From the IMG/VR virus record IMGVR_UViG_3300029432_000352: 64,000 nt of DNA; one strand, given 5' to 3'. The notes beneath the pieces were generated by a model. It saw nothing but the letters and a program-made list of their open reading frames with translations. It searched no databases and had not been told where the DNA came from. Position numbers and translations under genes: made by a program. The number at the start of each line of letters is the position of its first letter. Position 1 is the stretch's first letter. The DNA is from a virus. Shown here one piece after another: positions 9,626 to 20,130 of the stretch.

Positions 9626-10452
9626 TAAATCACCTCCGTTTCATCAAGTACCGTTATCTCATCACTGTTAATAATGATTTCGTCATTAATTGTACAATCA
9701 TCATTTTCTTCGTCTGCAACAGCAGCCTCACTGAATTCAATATCGTCAACGGATATTTCTATCGGTTCAGATTCAGCAGATACTGTTGTTTGCTCAGGCA
9801 AAATTGTGTTTTGTTCACTTAATAACAATGTATTCTTTTTTCTTTTCTTTTTAGATTTTTGTATATCTAAACCTAATAATTTCTTTTCTGTATTTAAAAA
9901 GCCGGAACTATATTCTTCATCTTCATTAAATTCAAAATCTTCACCTTCAATGTATGAGATGTTTTTATTTTTGTTTTGACGTTTTTCTTTCCATTTTTCA
10001 ATAGTAGAAACAAGTTTATCTTTTGGCATTTCTTGTGCCATAACAACTTCCATAGGTCGTACTGATCGAGAATGTAAGTGATTATTGTACAACATCATTC
10101 GTTGACCTTTTTTCCATTTATATAACTGATGTAAAAATGTCAAAAAAGAACTATCATTTATACCCATTACCGCAATTAAAAAAAACGGTAGAATTACACT
10201 AAGCACCACAGTTATTTTAACTGTAAATGATGGATAGTGTATATTCCATAACGGAAATGCTAAAACTGCTGAAATTCCTATTGCTTCTAAAAAATTTCTT
10301 GTTTTAAACATTCCATTAAGTATTCTACCGCCTTCGATAAAATTATCAGGTATAATATAACTATTATGAGTTTCTTTAGACATAACTAACTCCTTTCTTA
10401 TTGTGGTAGAACCACTGTTATAGCATAATAGTTCTACCACAAAATACTTCAT
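9625..10452 (-). CDS. TcpE/PrgI-like small membrane protein with acidic C-terminal tail (275 aa)
   Basis: two N-terminal TM helices, stop overlaps VirB4 start (translational coupling). Confidence 0.4.
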   Translation of the reverse strand: MKYFVVELLCYNSGSTTIRKELVMSKETHNSYIIPDNFIEGGRILNGMFKTRNFLEAIGISAVLAFPLWNIHYPSFTVKITVVLSVILPFFLIAVMGINDSSFLTFLHQLYKWKKGQRMMLYNNHLHSRSVRPMEVVMAQEMPKDKLVSTIEKWKEKRQNKNKNISYIEGEDFEFNEDEEYSSGFLNTEKKLLGLDIQKSKKKRKKNTLLLSEQNTILPEQTTVSAESEPIEISVDDIEFSEAAVADEENDDCTINDEIIINSDEITVLDETEVI

Positions 10453-10479
10453 ACAAAAGTTAAATAATGCTTTTATGCA

Positions 10480-11766
10480 TTACATTTGTTTATGTACCGT
10501 TTGAATAATCTTACCGGCAACATAACCTGTATCTTCATTCTTACGCAACACTTGGAACAATACTGTATCGCCACTGTTAGGGGCTGTAGCAGTATTTTCA
10601 ACTCTTGCTGCGATTGCGTAGGCAGGAACACCAAAATCATCAATAAACAGATGTATACGGACTCTTCCGTCTTGTCTATGCGATATTCTTGTAATGTGTG
10701 CCAAACATCTTGAATTTTCGGTAATATTCTTCATTTTAGGAATAAAGCCCTGAATTTCCGCTTCTCTGCCGGACACTTCAAGTTTTTCTACATTACCTTT
10801 TTCATCATATGTGATATTTTTAATAACAACAGGGATTGTCATTCCGGTTGAATACATATCCTTTACAATCTTCACATATCTATGTGTTAGCTGAAATTGT
10901 TGAATAAATGTATCTACACCCTTAACATTGACCATAACTGCGTGAAAGCCTGCTGAAAGAACTACTGCATCAACAGTATCGCCGACTTTTACCAATGCTT
11001 CTTTTTGATGCTTGCTTGTCTTGAAGTTGTATGTTTCAATTCTGCGAAGTGCAAGTTTTCGTGAAGCCAAAATAGCATATTCACCGTCAAATTTACCTGT
11101 AACTTGTGTAATTACAAAAGGAATTTCAAGACCGAGTAATTTTGACATCATCTGATTTTCTCTTTTGATTTTATCTTCAATATCCTCAATTGTGGAATAA
11201 TCGACCAAATCATTTTTGAACATTTCAGATGCCGGAATTATAATACGATATTCGCCGAATTTCACAACACCTACAATCATTGTATCGTTGAGCGTTTCAA
11301 TGGAAATAAGGTTGCCGTAAACAATTCTGTTCTCACGTCTTGACGTTCTTATCTGTTCCCATTTCATGATTCGATCTTCACGAATTGCATTTTTTTCGGC
11401 TCTTTCTTGTTCATTTTTATTCTTTTGAGCAATAAGTTCTCGTCTTGAAATAGCTTTATAATCTTCAACATTTGCTTCTTCGGTATTATCGCCATTTTCT
11501 GTTTCGTTAACATTTTCGATATTTTCCGGCTCAACTGAATCTGCTGAATTATCTGGATTTTCATCAGAATCACTGTTTTCAGATTCTGAATTTTCCGCCG
11601 GTTCTGTTTCACTTTCGGAACTTTGAGTTGATTCGATTTCTGTATTAATCTCTGCTTCCTCATTAACATTTTCTTGTGAATCATATTCTTCGTTTTCTAC
11701 GTCCATTTCAATGTCTGTAGGTTCAACTGATTCAATAGCTTCATTTGAATTTTTTCTTCTTGCCAT
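10480..11766 (-). CDS. hypothetical protein with highly acidic E/D/S/N-rich N-terminal 120 aa (428 aa)
   Basis: AAAGGAGAAAA RBS; overlapping plus/minus ORFs in this region are low-complexity artifacts. Confidence 0.55.
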   Translation of the reverse strand: MARRKNSNEAIESVEPTDIEMDVENEEYDSQENVNEEAEINTEIESTQSSESETEPAENSESENSDSDENPDNSADSVEPENIENVNETENGDNTEEANVEDYKAISRRELIAQKNKNEQERAEKNAIREDRIMKWEQIRTSRRENRIVYGNLISIETLNDTMIVGVVKFGEYRIIIPASEMFKNDLVDYSTIEDIEDKIKRENQMMSKLLGLEIPFVITQVTGKFDGEYAILASRKLALRRIETYNFKTSKHQKEALVKVGDTVDAVVLSAGFHAVMVNVKGVDTFIQQFQLTHRYVKIVKDMYSTGMTIPVVIKNITYDEKGNVEKLEVSGREAEIQGFIPKMKNITENSRCLAHITRISHRQDGRVRIHLFIDDFGVPAYAIAARVENTATAPNSGDTVLFQVLRKNEDTGYVAGKIIQTVHKQM

Positions 11767-11802
11767 AATATTTTCTCCTTTCGGTTTAATTCCCCTTCTA
11801 TA

Positions 11803-11855
11803 AATATAGTCCTTATTTTTTTACGTTTTTCTACTTTTTCATAAGCAAATGGCGG
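11803..11855 (-). promoter_or_regulatory. conserved two-block upstream element copy 1 (ccgccatttgcttatgaaaaagta ... aataggactatatt on coding strand)
   Basis: same ~53-bp element at 16293-16346 and 27066-27118, each 30-220 nt before an operon start. Confidence 0.4.
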
Positions 11856-11924
11856 TAAATTAATTTTTTGCACAAAAAAAACTGCCTTGCAAAATCTGCA
11901 AGACAGCTTTATAAATAAACAATA

Positions 11925-12794
11925 TTAAATTTTAGATAATATAAATGTTTCGGCTAAAATATCATTTTTCTTTTCTTCTGCATACAAATATAAGGATAAA
12001 ACTTTTTTTTCTTCATCTGACAAATATACTTTTGTACCGTTTTCATCCGTATAATATATTTGATTATAAGGAGTATAATCAATACAACATAGATAGTCTA
12101 AAGAACAATTTTTAGTTAACGCTTCAAAAAACATTCTGCTTAAAATGAAATTACAACTGTGTTGTGCTAACATCAATTGAAATGTTTCATATTTTCGACC
12201 GATTACTGAAGATGAAACCAACTCTACAAGAGATACACCTCTTAAATCTGCTAAATCAATAAAACGTAAATACATCAATTCTTTTAAATACTCATCATAA
12301 TCAGATAATCGAGCTCCAAGAGCTTCCGGCTTATGAATAAATGTGTACGTAAAATTTAATTTGGCTTTTTCTAAAAGGTTATCTATTTTATTTTTATTAT
12401 CTGAATTTAATTCCTTGTAAGCCTTAATAAATGTTCTTTCTTTTAACGGCAGTTCAATATCAAATTCTTTTCCCATAATTAATTTATTACAAGAACAATT
12501 AAATAATGGTACTAAATAATTTAATCCGATAGGAGATATTCTTATTATTTTGTCATTTGTCAACCATTGAGGATTCTCTTTAAGAGATACATATTTCCTA
12601 TAAGCATTATATATAGCTAATGAATTTATATTATTGTCCTGATTATCAAATTGATTAGAATTATCAAGGGTTAATTTATTATTAATTATTGCAAAATTAG
12701 CATTCAGCAAAGTTATGATTTTTTTACTAATATATTCTTCATTTTTATTTTTTGAATCCATATTCTGAAAATCTTCTTGATTAAATACATTCAT
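11925..12794 (-). CDS. hypothetical protein (289 aa)
   Basis: ORF only. Confidence 0.5.
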   Translation of the reverse strand: MNVFNQEDFQNMDSKNKNEEYISKKIITLLNANFAIINNKLTLDNSNQFDNQDNNINSLAIYNAYRKYVSLKENPQWLTNDKIIRISPIGLNYLVPLFNCSCNKLIMGKEFDIELPLKERTFIKAYKELNSDNKNKIDNLLEKAKLNFTYTFIHKPEALGARLSDYDEYLKELMYLRFIDLADLRGVSLVELVSSSVIGRKYETFQLMLAQHSCNFILSRMFFEALTKNCSLDYLCCIDYTPYNQIYYTDENGTKVYLSDEEKKVLSLYLYAEEKKNDILAETFILSKI

Positions 12795-12810
12795 TTCTTA
12801 CACCTCCCTT

Positions 12811-13713
12811 TTAATTTGCTAAGTGTTTTACAAATGTCTTAACAGCTTCTTTTGTATAAGCATTTGATAGCTTATATAAGTCAAAAATAGTCTCTATTGT
12901 TGGATTATTTGAATATATACAATATTCATTAAAACACAATAACCAGTGAATTGATACATCAAACAATTTTGAATATCTAAAATAATCTTCAAATTCTGCT
13001 ACATTGTTTGCGACAAAATCATTAGTAATACAAATTGTGTCGAGAGTATCATTAGTCAAAAGTTTATATTGGTACATTAAAGCAGACAATTCGTTATTTT
13101 TTTGCTTCTGTTTGAATAGGTTATATAATCTTTCGGAAGGAGAAGTATAATAGGTATATTCGTATGACTTCATTTCTGCTTCTAACTTATGCAAATTTTC
13201 ATTTATTGCATTTGTTTTATCTGACCATTTTTTCATTCTCTCTCTTAATTCTTCAAGTTTTTTGTCGTTTGCATTTAATTTTGATATAGAAGCATACTTG
13301 CCTTTTATTGATTGTAACCTCTCTACAAAACTACCTTGTCTAATCATTGCATTATCAATGGCAGTTTGTGTTTTTTGAACATCTGCTTGGCAAGTGTTTT
13401 TTATTACATCTTTTTCCCACCAAATAGGTGATATATTCAGTATAAACTCATATAAAATATTTATTTTAATTTCAGACAATGATTGTATTGAATTTATTAA
13501 ATCTTGATCTTCTTCACTTAATTTTATATATTTATCATATAATTCTTCACCAATAAAATCTTTGAAGTCTATTTTATTTTCAATTAAATATGGTTCAAGT
13601 TTATCATATAACTTAATACATTCTATTTTATCTGCCAATATTGATGATTTAATTACTTTTCTTTTTTTTATTTTGGGGATTTTCATTTTAATCCTCCTTT
13701 CTTGAAATTTCAA
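12811..13713 (-). CDS. hypothetical protein, coiled-coil rich (300 aa)
   Basis: ORF only. Confidence 0.5.
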   Translation of the reverse strand: MKFQERRIKMKIPKIKKRKVIKSSILADKIECIKLYDKLEPYLIENKIDFKDFIGEELYDKYIKLSEEDQDLINSIQSLSEIKINILYEFILNISPIWWEKDVIKNTCQADVQKTQTAIDNAMIRQGSFVERLQSIKGKYASISKLNANDKKLEELRERMKKWSDKTNAINENLHKLEAEMKSYEYTYYTSPSERLYNLFKQKQKNNELSALMYQYKLLTNDTLDTICITNDFVANNVAEFEDYFRYSKLFDVSIHWLLCFNEYCIYSNNPTIETIFDLYKLSNAYTKEAVKTFVKHLAN

Positions 13714-13731
13714 CCGTTATTCTACAATTTC

Positions 13732-13760
13732 ATTATACCATATTTTATATTTTGTGTCAA
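13732..13760 (-). promoter_or_regulatory. sigma-A promoter TTGACA-17-TGgTATAAT (minus strand)
   Basis: plus-strand attatacca 13732-13740 and tgtcaa 13755-13760. Confidence 0.45.
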
Positions 13761-13837
13761 TTATATCGGTCAAAATATTATTTTTTTATCCATAAAAAAA
13801 GCAGAAAGAAGTGAATTTCTCTCTGCTTGTGGAATAA

Positions 13838-14284
13838 TTATAATTGTTGATAAGCAACTATATATTCAGGATTATTTTGATTTATGTACAGTTTATATCG
13901 GAGATTCTCATAAAATACACCTTTTTTATTTCCATAATTGAATTTGTATGTCGCTCCGTTATCATCACAAAAAACAATATCCAATACTACATTTGTACCG
14001 TAACGTCTCTTAGATGTGGAGATGCACACTAATTCATATTCTTTAATCGTATCACTCACGTAATCATAATCCGTTTTAATAGCTGCTATAAGCATATAAA
14101 GACCAACTATTAAGCCTATTAATATGCCAACGCTTTTCAGGAGTATAGCTGCTATAACAGATATGGTTATAATTGATATACCAATCATTAATCGCATTGT
14201 TTTTAAGCGTGTTAATGCCGGAGGTAAATCAATTTCTTTCATTTGTTTAAATTTTTCCTTTAGTTTTGTTATATACTCGTTCAT
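13838..14284 (-). CDS. membrane protein (148 aa, 2 TM helices)
   Basis: hydrophobic segments ISIITISVIAAILL / ILIGLIVGLYMLIAAI. Confidence 0.5.
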   Translation of the reverse strand: MNEYITKLKEKFKQMKEIDLPPALTRLKTMRLMIGISIITISVIAAILLKSVGILIGLIVGLYMLIAAIKTDYDYVSDTIKEYELVCISTSKRRYGTNVVLDIVFCDDNGATYKFNYGNKKGVFYENLRYKLYINQNNPEYIVAYQQL

Positions 14285-14294
14285 ATTAAGCTCC

Positions 14295-15755
14295 TTATTC
14301 TTCTTTATCTTTTACCGGATACAACGATTTTACTATATTAACTTCTGTATTGTAGAAATTTTTCTTTTCGTCATTATCTGTATCTGCTGTTTCTAATAAT
14401 TCAACTTTAATTTCTGATTTATTTGATATTGCTTTCTTTATAGTGTCAACATAATCTTTTTCTAAAATAATTCTTATTTTAGCCGGAGTTACACTTGAAA
14501 CATATTCTTTATTACTTTTTATTTTATTTTCAATGTAATGAGATAAATCTGCTTCAGGGATTGATTCTAAAGGTGCAAATTCCGAATATAAGTCGGTATC
14601 GTTATCGGTTAATATATTTGCTATTACTGCATTACTGATTGTGTATTCTTCAGCAGTTGCTGTGCTTGTATCTTTTTTAATAGTAGTACCGTTCTGATTT
14701 TGAGACTCATTACTTTGATTTTTACCGCTTTGACTGTCAATTCTGAAGCTAATATTAACTTTTTGTCCTATTAACAGCTTTACTTTATCTAAATCTTCGG
14801 TTATCGGAATATCTACATAGCTAAAATTTGAATTTGACGAACCATATGGGTTTGCTTTTAATTCAAAATTTGATGAAACTGAATTTACACTCATATATTG
14901 TTCCTGTGGAATATATTCAGTTGCATATAAGCCTATAACATCTTTACACCTATCCCATTTGTATATATCGGTATTATTCATTGCAATCTGGTTATATGTT
15001 TTATTATCTATTTTCGCCTGAGCAAGCATATCTTCTGTTATCACATCACCGGGAACTACATCTTGCTTTAAAGTAATTACCGAAATTGCATCCGTATCGT
15101 TATTTACGGTAGGAGCTTTAAAATTGGCTATTAATGGCTTTACAGTAAATATACTTACTGCAATTATTCCAACTGCAATAATCACTGCAAACATACCTTT
15201 TTTGCTTTTAGATTTGGTATCTTTCGGCTTGTCTGAATCTTTGCTTGAAGATTTTGATTTTTCATCTCGGAAATTTTTGAGCTTATCTTTAAAAGTTTGT
15301 GCCTTATCTTTTACCGATAAGCTCTTGTCAGGTGCAGTCGGCTTATATTGTGGTGCAGGCTTAGGCGGTGTATTGGCTGATTTACGTATTTTGGCTCTTT
15401 CTCCGGTTAAATTACCGTCATCTTTCATAAAATAAACACAACCGTTAACTTTATCCACATAACCTCGTTTTATGGTATCACCTATTCTTATTTGTCGTAT
15501 AGGCAATTTTTTTATTTTATCAAGCATATTTTCGTTTTTATTGAGCTTTTGCATAGTTGCTTCAGGTTGAGGTTTTGTGTAAAATTTAGCATTTTGTTCT
15601 CCTGTAATCGGTTTAGTTGAAGCCTGTTTCTTTACCGGCTTTGATTTATCAACAGAAGTTTTAGGTGTATTTGATACATTTTTATGCTGTTCGCTTATGC
15701 TTCTGTCTGAATTGATTGTTTTTTTCTTCTTTGGCGGCATATTTACTTCTGACAT
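14295..15755 (-). CDS. lysine-rich membrane-anchored protein, possible SAF/CpaB-like domain (486 aa)
   Basis: K/P-rich N-terminal 190 aa, single TM, then VVPGDVITEDML segment; domain call tentative. Confidence 0.45.
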   Translation of the reverse strand: MSEVNMPPKKKKTINSDRSISEQHKNVSNTPKTSVDKSKPVKKQASTKPITGEQNAKFYTKPQPEATMQKLNKNENMLDKIKKLPIRQIRIGDTIKRGYVDKVNGCVYFMKDDGNLTGERAKIRKSANTPPKPAPQYKPTAPDKSLSVKDKAQTFKDKLKNFRDEKSKSSSKDSDKPKDTKSKSKKGMFAVIIAVGIIAVSIFTVKPLIANFKAPTVNNDTDAISVITLKQDVVPGDVITEDMLAQAKIDNKTYNQIAMNNTDIYKWDRCKDVIGLYATEYIPQEQYMSVNSVSSNFELKANPYGSSNSNFSYVDIPITEDLDKVKLLIGQKVNISFRIDSQSGKNQSNESQNQNGTTIKKDTSTATAEEYTISNAVIANILTDNDTDLYSEFAPLESIPEADLSHYIENKIKSNKEYVSSVTPAKIRIILEKDYVDTIKKAISNKSEIKVELLETADTDNDEKKNFYNTEVNIVKSLYPVKDKEE

Positions 15756-16261
15756 TTCTTTTCACCTTCCTTAACTTGAAATTTTGAACAAACATATCGG
15801 CAATACATTTTTCGCATTACAATATAATCATTTAAAATCAGAATGACTATTTCAATAATCGCATTTAAAAAATCTTTTGTATAATTACCGCTATATGCTT
15901 CAATTATTTGTTCTGTCAGTTCATTTGCTTTATCAAGTGATGCTGTTTTACTCTCGTATATTTTTTCAGTAAAGCGTTTTAACTCATCTAAATTTTCGTT
16001 ATTCTTTGATTGTTGATTATTGATTTCACGATAAAAATTTATAATCTTATATATAACTTGTTTAGGTGCTGTTTCTGCTGATTGAGATATTTCATTAATA
16101 AAATGTTCGGTTTTATCAACTGTTTTTAATTGTAATAACAAACTATTAATAAAATAACTTTGTATTTTTTTATTATTTGAACCTTTACCTAATTGATATT
16201 GTTGAAGTTCATTTGTAATTGTTACTCTTGATTTTTTCAAACCGTTTATAGTTAAATCCAA
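15743..16261 (-). CDS. hypothetical protein (172 aa, probably TTG start)
   Basis: ORF; AAAGGATGGTGA RBS. Confidence 0.4.
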   Translation of the reverse strand: MDLTINGLKKSRVTITNELQQYQLGKGSNNKKIQSYFINSLLLQLKTVDKTEHFINEISQSAETAPKQVIYKIINFYREINNQQSKNNENLDELKRFTEKIYESKTASLDKANELTEQIIEAYSGNYTKDFLNAIIEIVILILNDYIVMRKMYCRYVCSKFQVKEGEKKCQK

Positions 16262-16292
16262 TTAAATCACCATCCTTTAATCTACTTCCTAT

Positions 16293-16346
16293 TAATATAG
16301 TCCCTATTTTATTTCATTTTTCTACCTTTTCATAAGCAAATGGCGG
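16293..16346 (-). promoter_or_regulatory. conserved two-block upstream element copy 2
   Basis: see 11803..11855. Confidence 0.4.
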
Positions 16347-16529
16347 TTTTTTATGAATTTATTTGTTAAATCAAAAAACACACCCCAAATATTTGGGGTG
16401 TAATATGTCATTTTCACTTTTTTCTTTCAGAGGCTATCTCCTATTCAAGAATTGGCTAAGTGAGAACCAATAAGAGCCTCAATAACAAACTCCTTGAAAA
16501 AGCTGTTATTTCACAGGCTAATTACCTTA

Positions 16530-17114
16530 TTATGCACAATTTTTGAATATATCTATCATTTTCGATTTTAAACCGGCTTTTAATTTTGATAGGTATTTCA
16601 TACTGGTATCTAAAATTTCTACTATCTCTTCATCGGAATATCCATCTAAAATTAAAGATAACAATGTTTGCTCGGCAGCATTTGTTACTTTAATTAAATC
16701 TAACATAGAATCCACAACCATTGTATCATCTTTGGTGATTTTAAATTGATCGGGAACTATTTGCTTATTTCTTTGAACAGTATCGCTAAGTGATTCTACA
16801 TCAATAAATTGTGTTGGCATATTATCTTTTTTTACATTATGGGATTTTGCTGAAATCATGCCTTTGGAATATTCCGTCTGTAAATAAGTCCATACGTCCC
16901 ACTTTATCTTAACTGTAGCAAAAACGTAAAATTCGCCTTTTTTCTTGTTATATGATTGAGCTGCTTGGCACAGACTTACATTAGCTGTTGCAATACAATC
17001 TTCATATAAGTCTGCATCATTTCTTATTTTTGATTCTGTAAGCATTTTATAACAAATTTGCTTTGGCAAATTGATATTATCCTCTACCAATCTTAATTGT
17101 TCTTCAGTTAGCAT
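16530..17114 (-). CDS. sigma-70-family RNA polymerase sigma factor (194 aa)
   Basis: region-2-like segment and C-terminal region-4 HTH (LILDGYSDEEIVEILDTSMKYLSKLKAGLKSKM). Confidence 0.55.
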   Translation of the reverse strand: MLTEEQLRLVEDNINLPKQICYKMLTESKIRNDADLYEDCIATANVSLCQAAQSYNKKKGEFYVFATVKIKWDVWTYLQTEYSKGMISAKSHNVKKDNMPTQFIDVESLSDTVQRNKQIVPDQFKITKDDTMVVDSMLDLIKVTNAAEQTLLSLILDGYSDEEIVEILDTSMKYLSKLKAGLKSKMIDIFKNCA

Positions 17115-17162
17115 AGCATTTCCCCCTTAACAAAGGTGCTGAAAATCAGCACCTTTACTGAT

Positions 17163-19928
17163 TTAATTCCAAATTATTGAGTTATCATCATCATCACCCG
17201 GTATACCCTCAAAAGTATGATTGTTTTCATACATATTACCTTCAATGATATAATCCTTTGTGAATTCATAACAGAATTCAGTATTGTTAATACCGCCACC
17301 GGAATACTTGAACAGAACTTTATGATTACCGTCAGATAACGAAACAGGTGTGAATATTCTTCTTCTCATATTTTCACTATCGGAATACGTTATCCTTGTT
17401 TCAGGTATACGTGCTGTTACTATATAACGAGCATCTTCACCTTTTTGTTCAATAGTTCGACTATATGAAACATCTTCTAAATCAAAAACTTTTGGTTGCA
17501 TTTGAGTTACAAAATCATCAAATCCCCAAAAATCATCAAATTCGTTTTGAACAGTTACTTTTGTTGGTGGATTAACTTCACTTGCACATTCCTCTCTAAA
17601 ACTGCTGCTGCAATATTTCTTTTGGGATATTCTTTCGCTTTTAATACTTACCCAACAATATGCTGTTAATGTATCTGTTCCCTCTTGACCGCCGTGATTC
17701 AAACTTGCATCACAGAAATTAAATCCATAACCGCTTTGAAAATGGTTTGGCTTCCAATTCGGACTATCTTCGTGAGAAAAGTTTTTCTCATAATAATTTC
17801 CGTTTATTTGGAACTTTTTGAGCTTTTCAGTATCTATACCGGCTGTACCAGTAATCGTATGTTTACAAGTTCTTTTCTCGCCTTTTGCATTATAAACATA
17901 ATGGTATCTGTATGTTTTAAATCTTATCTGACCGCTTGAACAATCTTTTTCTATTTCGCTCTCATTAGGTCTATTTGATTTTACAACAATTTTTACAATA
18001 ACGGTCGGTTCTACTTCTGTTACATCTACACATACTTCATTTGGAATGTTTTCGGTGTAGGTATTAATTACTTTTCCGTCCTTATGCGTTATAACAACTC
18101 GGACCAAAGTATATTCAGCAGTATTATAATCTATTGTTGTACAAATCTTTTTTACCTCTTGTCCTGTAACACTTTCACCCGGTATAATCTTATCATCATC
18201 TACCGGATTATCATCTTCGTCTACATATCTTTTTATAATCTTTGTAGGTGCATCATCATCTGGATCACCGTCACCGTTATCTCCATCGTTTGGAGCAAGG
18301 TTTACGTGTAGAATTCTCTTAGGACGTACTTTTTTAATTGGAACAACAACATCATTTCCTGTACCGGTTGAGACTTCTTCTTGTTCGTCATCTTCAAGAA
18401 CAGTATATCCTTTAATTACATAACCCGGTACACTGCCAATCGTATAATTAATATTGACTTCTTGCTGACCTGTTTCAAACGGATTTCCGTTAACTGTTTC
18501 TTGCTTAACAACAGTATTTGTTGAGCTATCTATGTATTTTACTTCAAGTTGTGGTAAATCATCACCAAAATACAGATTAACTATTTTATGCAATGAACCT
18601 GCTGTTTTTGCAAACTCAAATATTTCACTATATTGTGTAGATTTATCGGCTATTTGAGATTTTTCGATATTACCGGTATCGGCATCTACAACTTCATATG
18701 ATACAAGTTGCAGTTTGTCCAAAAACAAACCATCAATAGTAATGTTGTTTTTCTTATCATTTAAAAACTTTGTTACTTGTGCAGTACCGTCATCATTGAA
18801 GTTTATAGTAAACAGTTTTTCTGTAACACAACTGTTATCATGATTATCAATCAATCTCATATTAATAGTCGGATGATCGTCTATTGAGAATGATATTTTC
18901 AAAGGAAAATGAAAACTGTAACCGACAGCACCGCCATATGTGTAATACCACAAATCACCTTTACGCTTGTACTGCTGTCCTATTCGGATACTGTTACTTT
19001 CAAGAGTATCTGCTTGAATAGTATCTTTCCATAATCCCTCTTTATTTACTTGACCTGCCTCATAGTTTGGCAGTATCATACCTTCAAAAATAGTACCGTT
19101 TTTGCCGATATTACCGTATGTAAAACCGTTAAATACATAACGGTCCGAATCATATGTATCATATCTTGGATCTTCAGGTTCAATTACTTCCAAAGCACCG
19201 TAATGCTTCTGTACTTCATTTTCGCTTTTTGGTTTATTTTTCTGCCACATTGAAAAGATAACACTGCTGTATGGATATTGAGCTTTTGGTAAAGTCGGTG
19301 TTTTTGAATAATCTATATACGGTAGTTTTGCATTTTCATCATTTCTTTCGCCTTCTCGAAGTTTAAACCTTGGTGTCATTTTCAATGCAAGCTGAGGTTC
19401 TCCGTTTTCATCCGTTGTCCAACGGTATTCAACTTGACTGTTTTCAAATATTTGTTCTGCTTTTTTTCCTGCAATAGTTTTATTGAAATCATCATCAGCA
19501 ACATCAATATCCAAATCAACATCAAACTTCATTTTGATATTATTCGGATTACCTCCGTTTCTTAGATAATCTTTAACATTATCCGGCATTTCATAATATG
19601 AACTTTCAATAGGTTTAACAACATCCGTTCCTTTGAATATTGCCTTGACTTCATCATCCGAAAGTTCGCCTAAACTGCTTTTCCAAACGGTATTATTACC
19701 ATTGTTTTCAATAACATCTTTATCTACATATCTCCAAAAATCTACATCTTTATTATATGTGTAAGATAAATCGTCTGTAACATATTGATTAGCCGACCAA
19801 TCAACTGTCTGCCAATCCGTTGTTTGAACTTCTGCCTTGGCTGTTAGAGGTATTGTTATACAAGAACCGATGACTGCCAAAGACATTATTGTTGATATTG
19901 CTTTTTTTAATAAGTTCATTTGAATCAC
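17163..19928 (-). CDS. large secreted protein with signal peptide (921 aa), putative surface/adhesion protein
   Basis: N-terminal signal peptide ...LTAKAEV; no LPXTG or SLH seen. Confidence 0.55.
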   Translation of the reverse strand: MIQMNLLKKAISTIMSLAVIGSCITIPLTAKAEVQTTDWQTVDWSANQYVTDDLSYTYNKDVDFWRYVDKDVIENNGNNTVWKSSLGELSDDEVKAIFKGTDVVKPIESSYYEMPDNVKDYLRNGGNPNNIKMKFDVDLDIDVADDDFNKTIAGKKAEQIFENSQVEYRWTTDENGEPQLALKMTPRFKLREGERNDENAKLPYIDYSKTPTLPKAQYPYSSVIFSMWQKNKPKSENEVQKHYGALEVIEPEDPRYDTYDSDRYVFNGFTYGNIGKNGTIFEGMILPNYEAGQVNKEGLWKDTIQADTLESNSIRIGQQYKRKGDLWYYTYGGAVGYSFHFPLKISFSIDDHPTINMRLIDNHDNSCVTEKLFTINFNDDGTAQVTKFLNDKKNNITIDGLFLDKLQLVSYEVVDADTGNIEKSQIADKSTQYSEIFEFAKTAGSLHKIVNLYFGDDLPQLEVKYIDSSTNTVVKQETVNGNPFETGQQEVNINYTIGSVPGYVIKGYTVLEDDEQEEVSTGTGNDVVVPIKKVRPKRILHVNLAPNDGDNGDGDPDDDAPTKIIKRYVDEDDNPVDDDKIIPGESVTGQEVKKICTTIDYNTAEYTLVRVVITHKDGKVINTYTENIPNEVCVDVTEVEPTVIVKIVVKSNRPNESEIEKDCSSGQIRFKTYRYHYVYNAKGEKRTCKHTITGTAGIDTEKLKKFQINGNYYEKNFSHEDSPNWKPNHFQSGYGFNFCDASLNHGGQEGTDTLTAYCWVSIKSERISQKKYCSSSFREECASEVNPPTKVTVQNEFDDFWGFDDFVTQMQPKVFDLEDVSYSRTIEQKGEDARYIVTARIPETRITYSDSENMRRRIFTPVSLSDGNHKVLFKYSGGGINNTEFCYEFTKDYIIEGNMYENNHTFEGIPGDDDDNSIIWN

Positions 19929-20130
19929 TCTCCTTTTACTATTTTTTAAATTTAAACCTTTACTTTACAAAGTAAACGCAAGAAAAGAAGGTCAAAAAAT
20001 AGATATAGGAGTTAACCTACATCTTTTAACCTTATTTCACACAATAACTGCTACAATCATATGAATCACCTACTTTATATTAAGATGCCCCTGCGAAGAG
20101 AGGCATCTTATCTGCCGTTTGTTATATCTG

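Noticed and set aside
11364-11684. 106-aa K/Q/I-rich ORF inside 10480..11766 on the same strand
   Set aside because: Alternative frame of the acidic low-complexity N-terminal region of the 428-aa protein; no RBS.
17115-17162. Hairpin aaaggtgctgaaaatcagcaccttt after the 921-aa gene as a terminator
   Set aside because: Good stem but no U-run on either strand. It may be an attenuator or RNA-processing site, but it does not meet intrinsic-terminator criteria.
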